From the NCBI RefSeq assembly GCF_963921235.1, contig NC_086097.1, forward strand, positions 205,966,001 through 206,030,000: DNA of 64,000 nucleotides, in the 5' to 3' direction. Positions 11,606 through 25,242 of the stretch are shown here, in pieces. Position numbers and translations under genes: made by a program. The stretch's first letter is position 1, and each line of letters begins with the position of its first letter. The stretch is from Mobula hypostoma. Its lineage: Eukaryota. The notes under the pieces were generated by a model that saw only the letters and a list, made by a program, of their open reading frames with translations, made no database searches and was not told the origin of the DNA.

Positions 11606-12844
11606 TACCTCAATGTCTGATTCAGATGCAAATACCCGATGGAGAAAAAATTCTAAATTTACTCTTTCTCCACATGAGATAGTTAAAATCAAAATGGCTG
11701 GCTGCTGAGAACAGGTCAACAAGGAATGTGAACCATATGCCAAGAAGGAAAAGAATGGTGGAAATAGTGGTTGCCCAAGCAGCATCAAAGTTCCTCCAGG
11801 AGTTTGTTAACTATTTCATGCAGCATTAGGCACAAAACTGCTGTCTAAGGATTTGATAGGTGTTATACTTGCACTAATTCTATACTAGAAGAGTGCTGCT
11901 CTCAATGTATGATAAAGATTCTTCAACAATATCCAAGGAACATAACTAATCCTGCAATCAGAAGCCTAACACTCACTGCGGGTATTTTACAATCTACTCT
12001 GCAAATGGCTACAGCCATTTTTTTCAGTGAAAAAGACTATTTGGTTGTGAATGTTCAACCTGGAGTTCGAGGCCACATTGGTAGTTTTCCATTTGTCCTG
12101 ATGATTAGCTCCATTCAACCATAATGCCTATTAGAGACAGAATGTGGTATTGCGCTATGTATGACTGAGAGAAAATCGGGGACAATGACACAGAATTTCT
12201 TGTCACTGGTCTACATTGTGATCAAGTTGTTTGGAGAATCCATTGCAAACTCATTCAAGTCCTGAAGTGTGTAATCTTTTAAGTATTCACAGAAAAGGAC
12301 ACATTTCTGAGGAGAGATACATTTCAGAAAGTTTCTCCATGAGTCCTCTTGATGAATCAAAGGCACGTGTATGCCCAAAAAAGGCTGTAAATTGTGTTAA
12401 TGCGCTCTCTAAATATTTGGATCTGACACACTGAAGATATTGTCTATTGTCCTTCAAACAGATAATATCATGCTGAATTTGAGGAGTGTATTTGAGTCCA
12501 CTAGGAGAGGAGAACTGAAGAAAATCTTAACTTTCTCTGTGGTCAACTGGACGAAAACGTTTCTGTAGTTCTCACATCAGCATCAAATTTTGCAAAGTGA
12601 TATCCACTACTACCTCCTAAGAGTCAATTAGGCATGAGCAGTATACGCTGACCTCTACACTTCGAAAAAATGAATTTATAAAGGATCAGTAACATGCAAA
12701 ATGAACAAATACTCACACCTGTATCAAATAACTGCACAATAATAATGCATGTTTGATTTTTAAATTGCCATATGATATGAAAGGAGTGGTAAATCATTTA
12801 AAAATAAAGATCTTGATTTTGCTGAGAACATTTTGAAGCTATTG

Positions 12845-14519
12845 GATTTATGAACATTTGGAAAACTATGGCTTAATTAAGGACCATCAGCATGGCTTTG
12901 TGCAGAGCAAATCACGTCTTACTAACTTGATTGAATTTTTTGATGAGTTGCGAACAGCAATTGATGAAGGTAAAACTGTAGATGTTGTCTACAGGGATTT
13001 TAGTAAGATGTTTGACAAGGTCCCTCATAGGAGGCTCATCTATAAGATTAAGACACATGGGATCAACATAGAAGATATGTCTTACTAACTTGATTGAATT
13101 TTTTGATGTGTGCCAAAAATGATTGATGAAGGTAGTGGCTGATAGGACTTGCTCTGTCTGGAGGTCCGTGGCTAGTGGTGTTTCACAGGAATCAATGCTG
13201 GGACCTCTATATAAATGACCTGATGAAAACATAGATAGATGGGTTAGTAAATTTGCAGACAACGCAAAGATTGGTGGTGTTATGGAGGATACAGAAGGCT
13301 AGCAAATCATAGATCAGTTGCAGATGTGGGTACAGAAATGGCAAATAGGGTTTATCCTGACCAAATGCGAGATGTTGCACTTTGGAAGAGCAAATGTAAA
13401 GGGACAGTATAGTGTTAATGGCAAGACTGTTAGCAGTGTTGATGGGCAGAAAGATCGTGCAGTCTAAGCCCACAGCTCCCTGAAAGTGGCTACACAGGTT
13501 AAAAGGATGGTAAAGAAGATATACATCATACTTCGTTTCAAGGAACTGAGTTCAAGAGTCAAGAAATTATGTTGTAGCTTTATCTACTCTAGACAGACTA
13601 CATCTGTAGTATTGCATTGATTTCTAGTCACCCCATTATAAAAAGGATGAAGAGTCTGAAAAGAGGATGCTGTCATGCCATCTTGGTCAATGTCTCCCAT
13701 CCACTACATAATGTACTGGGTGGGCACAGGAGTACATTCAGCCAGAGACTCATTCCACCAAGATGCAGCACAGAGCGTCATAGGAAGTCATTCCTGCCTG
13801 TGGCCATCAAAATTTACAACTCCTCCCTTGAAGGGTCAGACACCCTGAGCCAATAGGCTGGTCCTGGATTTATTTACTAATTTACTGGCATAATTTACAT
13901 ATTACTGTTTAACTATTTATGGTTCTATTACTATTTATTATTTATGGTGCAACTGTAACAAAAACCAATTTCCCCCGGGATCAATAAAGTATGACTATGA
14001 CTATGAAGCGGTTTTGGAGAGGGTGCAGAAGAGATTTGCCAGGAATGCTGCCTTGAAAGAGGATATGTGCTATAAGGAGAGGTTGCGCAAGCTGTGTTGT
14101 TTTTCCTGCAGCGATTTAGGCTGATTGGAGATCTGCTGGAGGTTTACAAGACTATATGAAGCATAGATAGAGTAGACTATTTTTACTAGGGTTGAAATCT
14201 CCAATATCAGAAGGCATGCATTTAAGACAAGAGAGGGTAGATACAAAGGAGATTTGAGGGTAAGTTTTTTTTTAACAGAGGGAGTGATGAGTACCTGGAA
14301 AACACTACCTGAGGTGTGGTGGAGGCAAGTAGCATACAGGTGTTCAAGAGGCTCTTAGATGAGCACGAGAACACAGGAACAAACAGGAACTAGGAGGACA
14401 TGGACATTGTGTGAGCAGAAGGGAATTGTTCATTTCGGCATTTGATTATTTATATAATTAGGTTGACATGACACTGTGGACTGTACATCCTGTTCCTATG
14501 CTATACTGTTCCATGTTCT
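12845..14519 (+). mobile_element. CR1 LINE 3' half, decayed, interrupted by a Rex1 insertion
   Basis: QHGFVQSKSRLTNLIEFF..DVVYRDFSKMFDKVPH, LERVQ-like segment after 14010, tail CTGTTCCATGTTCT. Confidence 0.85.
13653..14006 (+). mobile_element. Rex1/Babar 3' end nested in CR1
   Basis: HPLHNVL..RLIPPRCSTERHRKSFLPVAIKIYN, AATAAA and (GACTAT)n tail, short ATGAAG duplication at the flanks. Confidence 0.8.
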
Positions 14520-14520
14520 C

Positions 14521-15997
14521 AGTCGGCATCTGTATGTCTCAAGAGACGGTGGTGTCTTTTTCTGATGGTTCTTGGGGTTGTGGATTTGGGGCTATTTGCA
14601 CATTCTGGAGTGGCTGTCCACCCCCACTCTAGAGTGAAGGCCTCTTTCACAGTGGCTGCAGGTGAAGGAGGAAGGTGCTCTGTCTGATGCAGCTCCTGCT
14701 CTCTTGTTGATGAGCACGTTGGTCCTTGCTATCTCATCACGTTGTACACCACTTTGGACAGTGGACCTCTATGCTGTCCGGTCATCACTGTTTCCTCCCA
14801 TGTGTTGCGGTTGATGCCTGCCATCTTCACGTCACGCTTGCCATGACGTCACCACTTGAGACGTCTCGGGCTGAGTAGTGCGTGGATGCTGGAGGTGTCA
14901 GCCCGCCGTAGACCTCTGTATTGGTGATTCTGTCCCGCCAGGAGATGTGCAAGATGCGCCTGAGACAGCGTAGGTGGAACAAGTTCAGACTCTTCTCTTG
15001 GTTGATGTATGGCGTCCAAGCCTTGCTGTTGTAGAGGAGTGTGCTGAGCACACATACCTGGTACACACACAGCTTGGTCTTCTTGTCAGCTGTCTGTTGT
15101 TCCACACTCTCTTGTTCAGTCTGGCCATGACAGCTGCAGCTTTGGCAATCCTGCTGTTCACCTCTGCTTCGAGGGACAAGGAGCTGGGGATGGTCAATTG
15201 CATCAATGGTGATGTTTGGAGGAGATTCTGCAGCCTGGGCCATGACGTCCTCAGACAGCTAGTTAAACTAAGCTCCTTGCAGGCATGGGCAAGGTGGTTA
15301 ATCAGTTGTTGGAGTCCGGCTTCAGTGTGTGATGTCAATGCTGCATCACCTGCAAACAGCATCTTGCAGATGAGGGATGTCCTAACTTTGGTCCTGGAGC
15401 ACAAGCGAGCGATATTGAACAGCTTACCATCAGCTCTTGTGTGAAGGCAGATGTCTTCAGTGGAGTGTGCAAAAGCACAGTGAAGGAGCATGGAAAAGAT
15501 TCCAGAGAGGGTCGGTGCCAGATACAACCTTGCTTCACTCCGCCGCTCACTGGAAAGGTATCAGAAGTTGCTCCATTGAAGCAGACAGTGCCGCGCATGT
15601 CCCTATGGAAGGATATTATGATGCTGCACGGTCTTGAGGGGAAGCCAGTTTTTAGCAGGAATTTGAAGAATGCACTTATGCTGACAAGATTGAATGGCTT
15701 GGTCAGATCAATGAAGGCTTCTGTTGCCCTTGACACTTCTCCTGGGAGAAGATCATGTCCACTGTAGACCTGTCTGCTCTGTACACATACTAGGACTCTG
15801 GGTGCAAGGCTCTGAGGTCGTGCCAAGACAACGTGGGCGAACACTTTCCCCACAATAATAAGGAGAGAGATGCTGCGGTTTAGTGACCATCACTATGGTT
15901 ACCTTTGTTTTTGTACAGCCTGACAATGTTGGCATCCTGCATGTCTTGGTGGACATGGCCTTTCTCCCAGCTCATGCAGATGATGCAGCAAGGCAGG
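14521..15997 (-). mobile_element. RTE-clade LINE RT and 3' region, decayed
   Basis: AFIDLTKPF, GVKQGC, LFAGDAAL, EVNSRIAKAAAVMARL and LRRILHISWRDRITN across frames. Confidence 0.88.
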
Positions 15998-17659
15998 CGT
16001 CTCCCTCTTCCAGACTACGGTGGGAATTCCATCTTTCCCTCGGGCTTTCCCACTGGTGAGAGAGTCGGTGCGAAAGGGTGTCAGCTTCAGGGGTATAGGG
16101 GGATAGTGGGATCAGGGGGATCATGAATGGGGTGAGAGAATGTAATGGGGGGTGTGGTTCGGCATTGGGTGATCAGTTTTGGGGGAGAGGAGGCACCACA
16201 GCTGGAGGAGTTACCTGGGGAGAGCTGTACTTGGGGTCGGTACCGGGCAGAGCAGCCGGTAACGGGAGGAGAGTTCAGCCCTGAGATCAGGAGAAAGATC
16301 AGTACCGTAACGGGGAGGAGGGAAGAGTACAGGGATGTGGGAAGGATATCAGTCAGCAGATCAGTTCTGAGGGGAAAAGGTCTCTGCTAAGCAGAGAATG
16401 GTGAAGAGCCCCGAAGATGTGGGGTTGGCAGTGAGGGGAGAATCCAGTAACTGCAGAGGGGTCAGCAAAGGTGGAGGGGAGACTTACTTCAGCGGCGGCC
16501 AGTTACAGGACCCACAAGATGGGTTTGTCAGCTCGGCCCAGGCGGAGGGTGCAGCACTGACCAGCTGGCGGGAAGGTGTGGAGACATTGTGGCGGGGGGC
16601 GGTGGGGGTGTGTGGTGCCAGTGCACGGTGGCTGCACCTCCGACAGCATCGTCGCTCCGTGTTGTATGATTCAATCAATGAGGTTTAATCTAATCTTCAG
16701 CTGTCTTAGCTACAGCTTAGACATAGCTTGTCTTCTCATAATACTCAGTGTCCGCCTGGAATTATTTCAATACAGCTGTACTGAAAAGGGTAAAAAGGAA
16801 TGTAGATGTATGAGCCTACTGCTGGCTCATTAGTGAGACTCATGTTCCACACAGTAAGAAAAACGATTAACTCAAATATCACATTTGTTGCTGATTGCTG
16901 CAGCTAAAATTATTCACTAGAAAATCTGTAGCTACTGTAAGCAATAGACATATTAGACTGTCTTCTGGCAGAAGCTGCTTGGGAAATTGTAGCATATCGG
17001 TGACCCACTGACATCACTAGGCAATCTAAGATCAACAAAATTACGACTTTCATCAAGCTACAGCTCCATTTACAGAGTGCTACTGTGCTTTCTGAAGTGG
17101 GATATCATCCAGAAAACGAAAGAAATAGTTTCTCAAAGCATGCACTCTTACACAATAATGAGCATTGAGTATTTACTTTTGCAAAAGAATTGAACAGTGT
17201 AAAAAGCCTTCTCGGCAAATATTTCTTTTTGACTCAACCCATTTCATGCACATAATCTAAGTAAGTATGGTGTAAATCTGCACTATTTGCTTCTTCATTC
17301 CTGCATGAAAATTTCACCATTATAATCTTTCCACATTATTAAAAAAAGACAGAAGTTACACACCTCTCAACTTAGCTGCAGATGAGAAATGAACAGTGTC
17401 TGCTGCCAGTTAGATGTACCTTTGCTCCAATCATGAGAAGAACTTTTTGCAGTAGGAATCGCTGGGCATGTGAGGTGGATATACAGGACACTGGGAACTG
17501 AATAAATAGAACAGTTGACTGTGTACTTTCTTAGCTATTCAAATGAGACATTGTAAAATTCTAAATGGAAGCCCATTCATCAAACCACTGTAAACCACAA
17601 AGAGATTTGATCATGGAACAGGGATTCAGAAAAAAAGAAAAGAAATTAAAATTATATAC

Positions 17660-19549
17660 AATCATAAAAAAGCTACAAGGAGGGAAGAGATGAAATATGA
17701 GGGCAAACTAACCAATGATATAAAGCAGGATACCAAAAGTTTCTTTCAGTTATCTAAAGAGTAAAAAGGAGATGAGGGTTGATATTGGACCAATGGAAAA
17801 TGATGCTGGTGAGGTAAAAATAGGGGACAAAGAAATAGCAGATGAACTTAATGAGTACTTTGCATCAATCTTCACTGTGAAAGACATAAGCAGTGTGCCA
17901 GAGGTCCGTGAGTGTCAAGGAGCAGGAGTGAGTGCCATTGTTATTACAAAGGAAAAAGTGCTAGGCAGACTTAAAGGTCTTAAGGTGGATAAGTCACCTG
18001 GACCAGATGGACTACATCCTGGAACCCTGAGAGAAGTTGCTAAAGAGATAACGGATGCATTGGTCATGATCTTTCAAGAATCACTTTATTGTGCCATGGT
18101 CCCAGAGGACTGGAAAATTGCAAGTGTCACTTCTCTCTTTAAGAAGGGAGGAAGGCAAAAGAAAGGAAAATATAGGCCAGTTAGCCTAATCTCAGTGGTT
18201 GGGAAAGTGTTGGAGTCTATTATTAAGGATGAAGTTTCAGGGTACATGGAGACTAATGATAAAATAAGTCAAAGTCAGCAAGGTTTATGTCAAGGGAAAT
18301 CTTGTCTGACAAATCTGTTAGAGTTCTTTGAGGAAGTAACCAGCAGGGTGGACAAAGGAGAGGCAGTGAAAATCATTTACTTGGATTTTCAGAAGGCATT
18401 TTATAATGTGCCACACATGAGGCTGCTTAGCAAGATAAAACCCTATGGCTTACAGGAAAGATACTGGCTTGGATAAAGGAATGGCTGACAGGCAGGAGGC
18501 AGTGAGTGGGAATAAAGGGGGCCTTTTCTGGTTGGCTGCCAGTGACTACTGGTGTTCCTCAGGGATCAGTATTGGGACAGCTACTTTTCACATTGTTTGT
18601 GAATGATTTTGGTAATGGAATTGATGGCTTTGAGGCAAAGTTTGCGGATGATATGAAGATAGGTGGAGGGATAGGTAGTGCTGAGGAAGCAGAGTGACTG
18701 CAGTACGACTTAGACAAATTGGAAGAATGGGCAAAAAATTGGCAGATGGAATACAGTTTCGGGAAATGTATGATAATGCATTTTGGTAGAAGGAACAATA
18801 ATGCAGACTATTATCTAAATGGGGAGAAAATTCAATCATCAGTGGTGCAGGGGGACTTAGGAGTGCAGGACCCCCAGAAGGCTAATTCACAGGTTGAATC
18901 TGTGGTAAGGAAGGCAAATGCAGTTGGCATTTATTTCAAGGGGAATAGAATAGAAAAGCAAGGAGATAATGCTGAGCATTTATAAGGCTGGCACTTGGAG
19001 TATTGTCAACTATTTTAACCCCATATCTCAGAAAGGTTATGTTGTCATTGGAGAGAGTCCAGAAAAGGTTCATGAGGATAATTCTGGGAATTAAGCGATT
19101 AACATATGAGGAGTGTTTGCATCTTTGGGCCTGTACTCTGGAATTTAGAAGAATATGGGAGGGAATCTCATTGAAACCAACCAAATGTTGAAAGGACTAG
19201 ATATGGTGGATGTGGAGAGGATGTTTCCTATGGTGGGGGTATCCAGTACTAGGGGGCACAGCCTCAAAATTTGGGGCGACCTTTTGGATCAGAGCTAAGG
19301 AGGAATTTTTTTGGCCAAAGAGTTGTGAATCTGTGGAATACTCTGGCACAGACTGTGGTGGTGGCCAAGTCAGTGGGTATACATAAGGCAGATGTTGACT
19401 TTTTCCTGATCGGTCAGGGCATCAAAGGTTATGGCGAGAAGGCAGGTGTATGGGCTTGAGTGAAATCTGGAATCAGCCATGATGGAATGGCGGCGCAGAC
19501 TCGATGGGCTGAATGGCCTAATTCTCTTCCTATGTCTTATGGTCTTATG
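17660..19549 (+). mobile_element. CR1 LINE ORF2 RT region and 3' UTR
   Basis: [46 protein letters not shown]. Tail TCTTATGGTCTTATG. Confidence 0.93.
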
Positions 19550-19619
19550 AAGTCAGGTTGGAAAATCTCCATGGGTTTGGTAGCAACTATGTAGACAATT
19601 AATATTTCAGAATCGGTCA

Positions 19620-20835
19620 TTGGCCTGACTGGTTGCCCATGGTCTGCTACGACAATTTGAATGCACAGGAAAGTAAGAAGCTGCAGAGAGTAGTGGACTC
19701 AGTTCAGTACATTATGGGCACATCCTTCCCCACCATCAAATGTTTCTACAAGGTGCTGTCTCAAGAAGGCAAAGATCTCCACCATCTGGGATATGCCATC
19801 TTCTCACAGCTACTATCGAGCAGAATGTACAGATGGTTTAGGTCCCACATCACTAGAATTGTTACTTTGATTCAGCTTTACTTGTCACTTGTACATCGAA
19901 ACATACAGTGAAATGCTTCATTTGTGTTAGCAACCAACGCACCCAAGGATGTGCTGGGGACAGCCTACAAACATCGCCACACATTACAGCTCAAAGGTAG
20001 CCCACAATGTTTAGCAGAACAACACTGAACACAATGGAACAGAAGATACCAAGCAACATTGCAGTAACAGTGAAACAAATAAAAATAACAAAAGATTTAA
20101 GAAAAAAAAACAAGAATAAACGCAATGATACAAAACAGTTGAGGGAAAGACACTGGGTTTTATATTCTTCCCATTATAATCAAGCACTGTTCAATTCACT
20201 ACTGCTCAATAAAAGGTTCGATTCTACAGCCTTGAAGCAGTAACATAAAATTATAGGATTAAGTCCTTGACCTTTGGAATATTTCCTGCATATTTAGTTG
20301 TTACAATTCCGGTTTAGTGGATGTGTTTACAGCAGTTGATTAGCTCAGGTTCAAGAATAACTCCTCCCCTTCAAAGTTTGGTTCTTGAACCCACCTGATC
20401 ACCAGCTCGGTATAACATACCATGACCACATTGCACTTCAATTAACTTTATTTTTTCATCTAATCGTGTTCTTTTTTGTAAAAATTAGTTACAATTTATA
20501 AATTCAAGGAAGTCAACAGATGCTGGAAACCTAATGCAACACTCACAAAATGCTGGAGGAAATTAGCAAGTCAAGCAGCATCAATGGAAACAAATAAACA
20601 GTTGACCAAGGCCCTAGGGTCTTGGCCCGAAACGTCAACTGTTTACTCTTTTCCATAGATGCTGTCTGACCTGCTGAGTTCCTCAGCGTTTTGCGTGTGT
20701 TGCTTTGTATAATTTATGCATGTGTTTTTCTTGTGAATGCTGCTTACCTGATGCAGTGTACCTGCAAGTAGCTTTTTCGCGGCACATGTGCTACATGTAC
20801 TTCTACACATGACAGTAAACATGACTTTGACTTTA
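19620..20835 (+). mobile_element. Rex1 3' region broken by a minus-strand SINE tail (about 19860-20060) and a Penelope palindrome
   Basis: KKLQRVVDSVQYIMGT remnant. Tail GACTTTGACTTT at about 20823-20834. Confidence 0.55.
20506..20704. mobile_element. Old Penelope inverted-pLTR palindrome with partial hammerhead
   Basis: Arms GCAACAC..CAGCATC..AAACAGTTGAC and GTCAACTGTTT..GATGCTG..GTGTTGC. Retains AGGGTCTTGGCCCGAAACGTC but the CTGA core is lost. Confidence 0.75.
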
Positions 20836-23742
20836 AAACATTTACACTCTCACAAAAGCTGTCCTGCTTGTTGAGGATTGTCAAAGCTTTTCATTTCTTT
20901 TTCAGATATCCAGCATCCTCAGTTTAATATTTTTAATGCACATTGAGTGAAATTGACTGGCAGTAATTAGCATTTTCATATTATTGAAAAAAAATCCTGG
21001 AATTGAACTCATTTGTCTTAGATTTCTGAGGCAAGTTGCCCTCTCACTATTATCATGGCTCATTGTGGCGCATTCTGGCCAATATATTTGAATGGGAACC
21101 TCAGCAAAATACCACTTTAGGAAGGTTTATAATTCAAGTGGCAAGACTCCAACCACAACTTTTATATTTCCACATTTAAGCACACATTGGCTCTTGTCTG
21201 GTTGCTGTGACATTTCTGCATACATAAGCACCAGTTTTATTTCCTTCACCATTATTTTCTCTGCAAATAGTGTCAGGCTACTGAGTGACCAGCCTCAGTT
21301 TATCACAATAAACAGGTGCATGTTCCTCTCTTCATCCAGACGTGCTCCATCACACAAAGCCCGTATACCTGGAAATCACACTACTCAATACATGACTTAA
21401 GCATCTATCAAATACATGGCAATGATCAGCTCCAACAAGAGAGTTACTGTGAGCTGACCAGGCACTAATGCAATGATTATGCTTTTATTTTAAATATAAT
21501 AATTTTCTTCTCTCCACTGACATCATGGAGTAGTTTGAAGCATTTGTCCCTGCCACCGAATGTAAATACACATGATACACATCAAAGCTTTTGAAGATGA
21601 GTCAATAGACATTTGATGTTTATTATGCAATTTTCACAAAAGTGTATGACATTTTTTCAAATATTTTAGTACTTCAATTAAATACCTCACAACTCTTTGA
21701 CATGGAAACATTAAGTGTTGGTCTTTGTGTTAGTTATCTTTCATTAATTCTTCTTGACTTTCTTTTCGTCAATCCCTAACCAGTTTATTACATGGCAGAA
21801 GTCTGTTAGCCAGTTAGGATATGAAAATCCAAGCCAAGGTATTGTATATAGGGACTTACTTTTCAGAATCAACTAAGAATTAAAGGACAGAAGAGTGAAA
21901 AAGATAAGGAAGAGTTAGATATGGAGCAAGAAGATGGAAAAGCAAAGGAACAGATCATGGCTGGCTATTTTACTCGATGGGAATTTTATTTAAGCCTCAT
22001 GCTGGGGTGTAAACATACTCGTAGGGTTAGTGTGTAGAGGAGGGAGGGTTGGAGTTGGGGTGAGCCTTTTCATAGCGACCTGCTGCTTGCCTGTGGAGCA
22101 CAAAGTATTGGCCTCAACAGGCATTTTCCTACAGAAAACCCCCTCAAGACAGAATTCAAAATCGAATTCAGCTTATGCCCCTTTTAACTCTTGAGACAGA
22201 GTTGCGCAATTGGATCATTTCTGCAAGTATTTTTTATCTCACTTAAATGCATGAATGAGCACGATGATTTTAAGGTCATTTGATATGTGTTAATAAGTAG
22301 GTAGTAGGTTGACACTTTCTTCAAAGTGTTTGATAAAAGAATTCCATATCAATCAAACTACATCGATCCATGAGATACATCTCTTGCTCAGAAGACATAA
22401 AAGGTACTCTCGCAGTATAGCAAATTGTCAGAAAGGCAAAGCTCTTGAACTATTAAGATAGTTAACAACAGGTCCTAAACCGAGCAGGCATCCTTCATGT
22501 ATGCTAGTGTCAACACACAATGAAACCTTTGTAGTTTTCATTGCTTAAAGCCATTAGACAACCCAGTTACTTAGTTTTATGAGAACTAAAATCATAATAA
22601 TTGTGCATTCACTCATTTCTTCCAGATTCATCATGCCACAGTTACTCCTCCATATCTTTGGTGACATGGTACAATATCTCAATTGTTTGTGCAAAGGCAT
22701 AATATTTCAAAATTTAAATATCATTACAGAGAATTGTGGTCTGTATTCTTTTTCTTGCCAATTAGAGAGTGTTATCAGTGTCTGAAATTCCAGTGTCTAG
22801 ACCCATGAGCTTTTGCGATGCACTCCAAAATGCAGGAGATGGTCTGTAAAAGATTAAGTATTGAGACTCTGATTTCACATATTCTATTCCATATTTATAT
22901 TAAGAGGCAAACTTTTCTTGAAAAGAATGGCATTTACTATGCTGTCTTTGGCATTCTCGGTGCACCTTCATGCCAACAACAGCATGTTAAATCTACATTG
23001 CTTTGTATCTCACTGAAACCTAAGTTGTTTTAAACAATTTTTACCAGCAGATGTGGCCGAAAATTTCACCTCACATTTCCCAAGGAAGTGAATAGGTATT
23101 AGATTTGTTATAATCCGCAAAAATAGCACCAACAGCATTCTACCTCCTTTATAACAATTCAAACAGTGTAATAAAAATTTTAAAAATTGAATAAAGTGTA
23201 GATACAAATCCATTTTAAATTTGAAATTAAAAAATAATTAAGTCTGGTTTTCAGGGTATGGATGGTATGGCTACATTTACTGTTGAACCCTAATTGCCAT
23301 GAGAAGATAATGATGAGATTTTCCTTTGAAATATATCAAACAAAACAACCTTTAAGAATAAGGAAACTTTATAGAAATGAAACTGTGCATTTTTGTCGGA
23401 TGGCCTGGTTTAATTCCTCCTAGCTTTGAATAATATTATAAGATATGAGAAAATGGATTCGTTGTCTGAAAGGTAAAAACTCCTATTAAAGTTTTATTTG
23501 AAAATTTCAGTGCTCTATTGTAGCTTATCTCACTGTTCATTATAAACTCATCAAATGCACGGTGTTACTTGGACTTCCCATTGCATAGAGGTTGGCATTG
23601 CCAATTAATTCTGACCCATTTTTCATTGCTCTGTGTCACAACACTAAAGAAATGTGAAATTTGGATACCCTTCCTCTTTGACACGTATTACTTGAACACA
23701 AAGATTTATCACTAAATTTGCTCACCCTGTCTCCTCAAAATT

Positions 23743-24547
23743 AAAAGTCCAAAGTACATACATGATCAGAGCACGTACAAATTATACAACCTTGAGATGC
23801 ATCCCCTTACAAGTAGCCACAAAACAAGAAACCCAAAAGAACCCATTGAAAGAAGATCAACACACACCTAATGTGCAGAAAAAAACACAAATTGTGCAAA
23901 CAGTAAAACAAGCAACAACATTCAGGACAAAAGTGAGCCTATTGACATGAAGAGCAGAACAGCTCCACAGCATCAGCCTCAGTGCCGCGGAGAGCAGAGT
24001 AAACATCATGGAGCAGTGAGCAGAACTGGCCCAACTTCATCTCTGATCCCGACACTTTGCCTTTCCAATCCATCTGGCCCAACATTTAACTTGCCCAAAC
24101 ATCAGGTCATTCCGCGCAGTAGTATCTGAGCCCTGCCGCATCAATATGCTCTGGGCCGGGACCCATAGCCCATCTTTCCAAATCGGTTCAGCGCTTAGAT
24201 TGATCAGACCTCACTTTCAGTTTAGGTGGACGGGCTCCAAAACTCCTCTGCTTCAACTTTTCTCCGCTCCACTTGCACCAACTCCATCTCCGACTCCGAC
24301 TCCATCTCAACATGCCTTGACCTCCCTCAGACCACTTCTCCTTGAAAATGCTTTGACCTCACACCAGCCCACATCAGCCCTCGATTCAGCCTCATCTTCA
24401 CTTGATTCTTCATTGTTTGCAGTGATCATTTACCAAAATTTTCCATAGTACAGATGTTATTAATAAAGTACTTAGCTGCATTTCTTGCTTTCTGAACTGT
24501 CAGTAAACTGTTGCCCATCTTCAGCAATGCCATCTTAGACTGGATCT
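23743..24547 (-). mobile_element. ORF-less YY1-head/Rex1-tail retroposon, copy B
   Basis: Minus 5' end TCCAGTCTAAGATGGC. 3' end ATGTACTTTGGACTTTT. Similar to copy A throughout. Confidence 0.6.
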
Positions 24548-25242
24548 AATCTAAGTTCTATCCATTTCCTAAATTCCCCAAATCTAAACTCTGTTTTTTC
24601 TTCAAATCTCTCCCATAGTATGGAAGTGTGTAAGATGAACTCATTCTGGAATATCAGATCCTACTTCTCGGGTAAACTGTTCACAATTTGTCTAGCACTC
24701 AGATATCAACAAGATATCAACAGATATCATGTTATTGTTGACCATAAGACCAGGTACATTGGTAATAGGCCAAGCGCTTCCAGCATTAAAGCAGTTAAGT
24801 TAAAGAATCACGTTAAAGAAGCAGAGATATTCAGCAGAATGATTGATCTATGTTTTTCCTCTTTCTCTTCCTGGAGAGGAACGCCTGCACTTGATGTGGC
24901 AGCCACCCACAGTGCCATGATTGAAATCTCAAACTCTCAGTTTGGAGAATCTCTAACAAAGACGTGTGTGTTCTTGCATCAAGTTAGAGATTGCCCCAGC
25001 ATTCCTAAGAGTCGTCACTGAACAAGACACAGAATGGAATTATCGCCTTTGGCAAGGAGTTAATGACTATCATTGCTGTGATCCACAACTTTTGTAATTA
25101 TTACCTGGTAACATTGTTAATGCTGTGCACAATTTAATTAAAATTAATATAAAGTTAATATAAACAGTTTTTTAACATTAAACTTTTTATGTAAGCTTTT
25201 AAAAATTTAAATATAATTGTTTTGAAAGTTCTCATGCAAAAA

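Noticed and set aside
25125..25225. AT-rich quasi-palindromic tract
   Set aside because: Low complexity, with no defined terminal inverted repeats or TSD.
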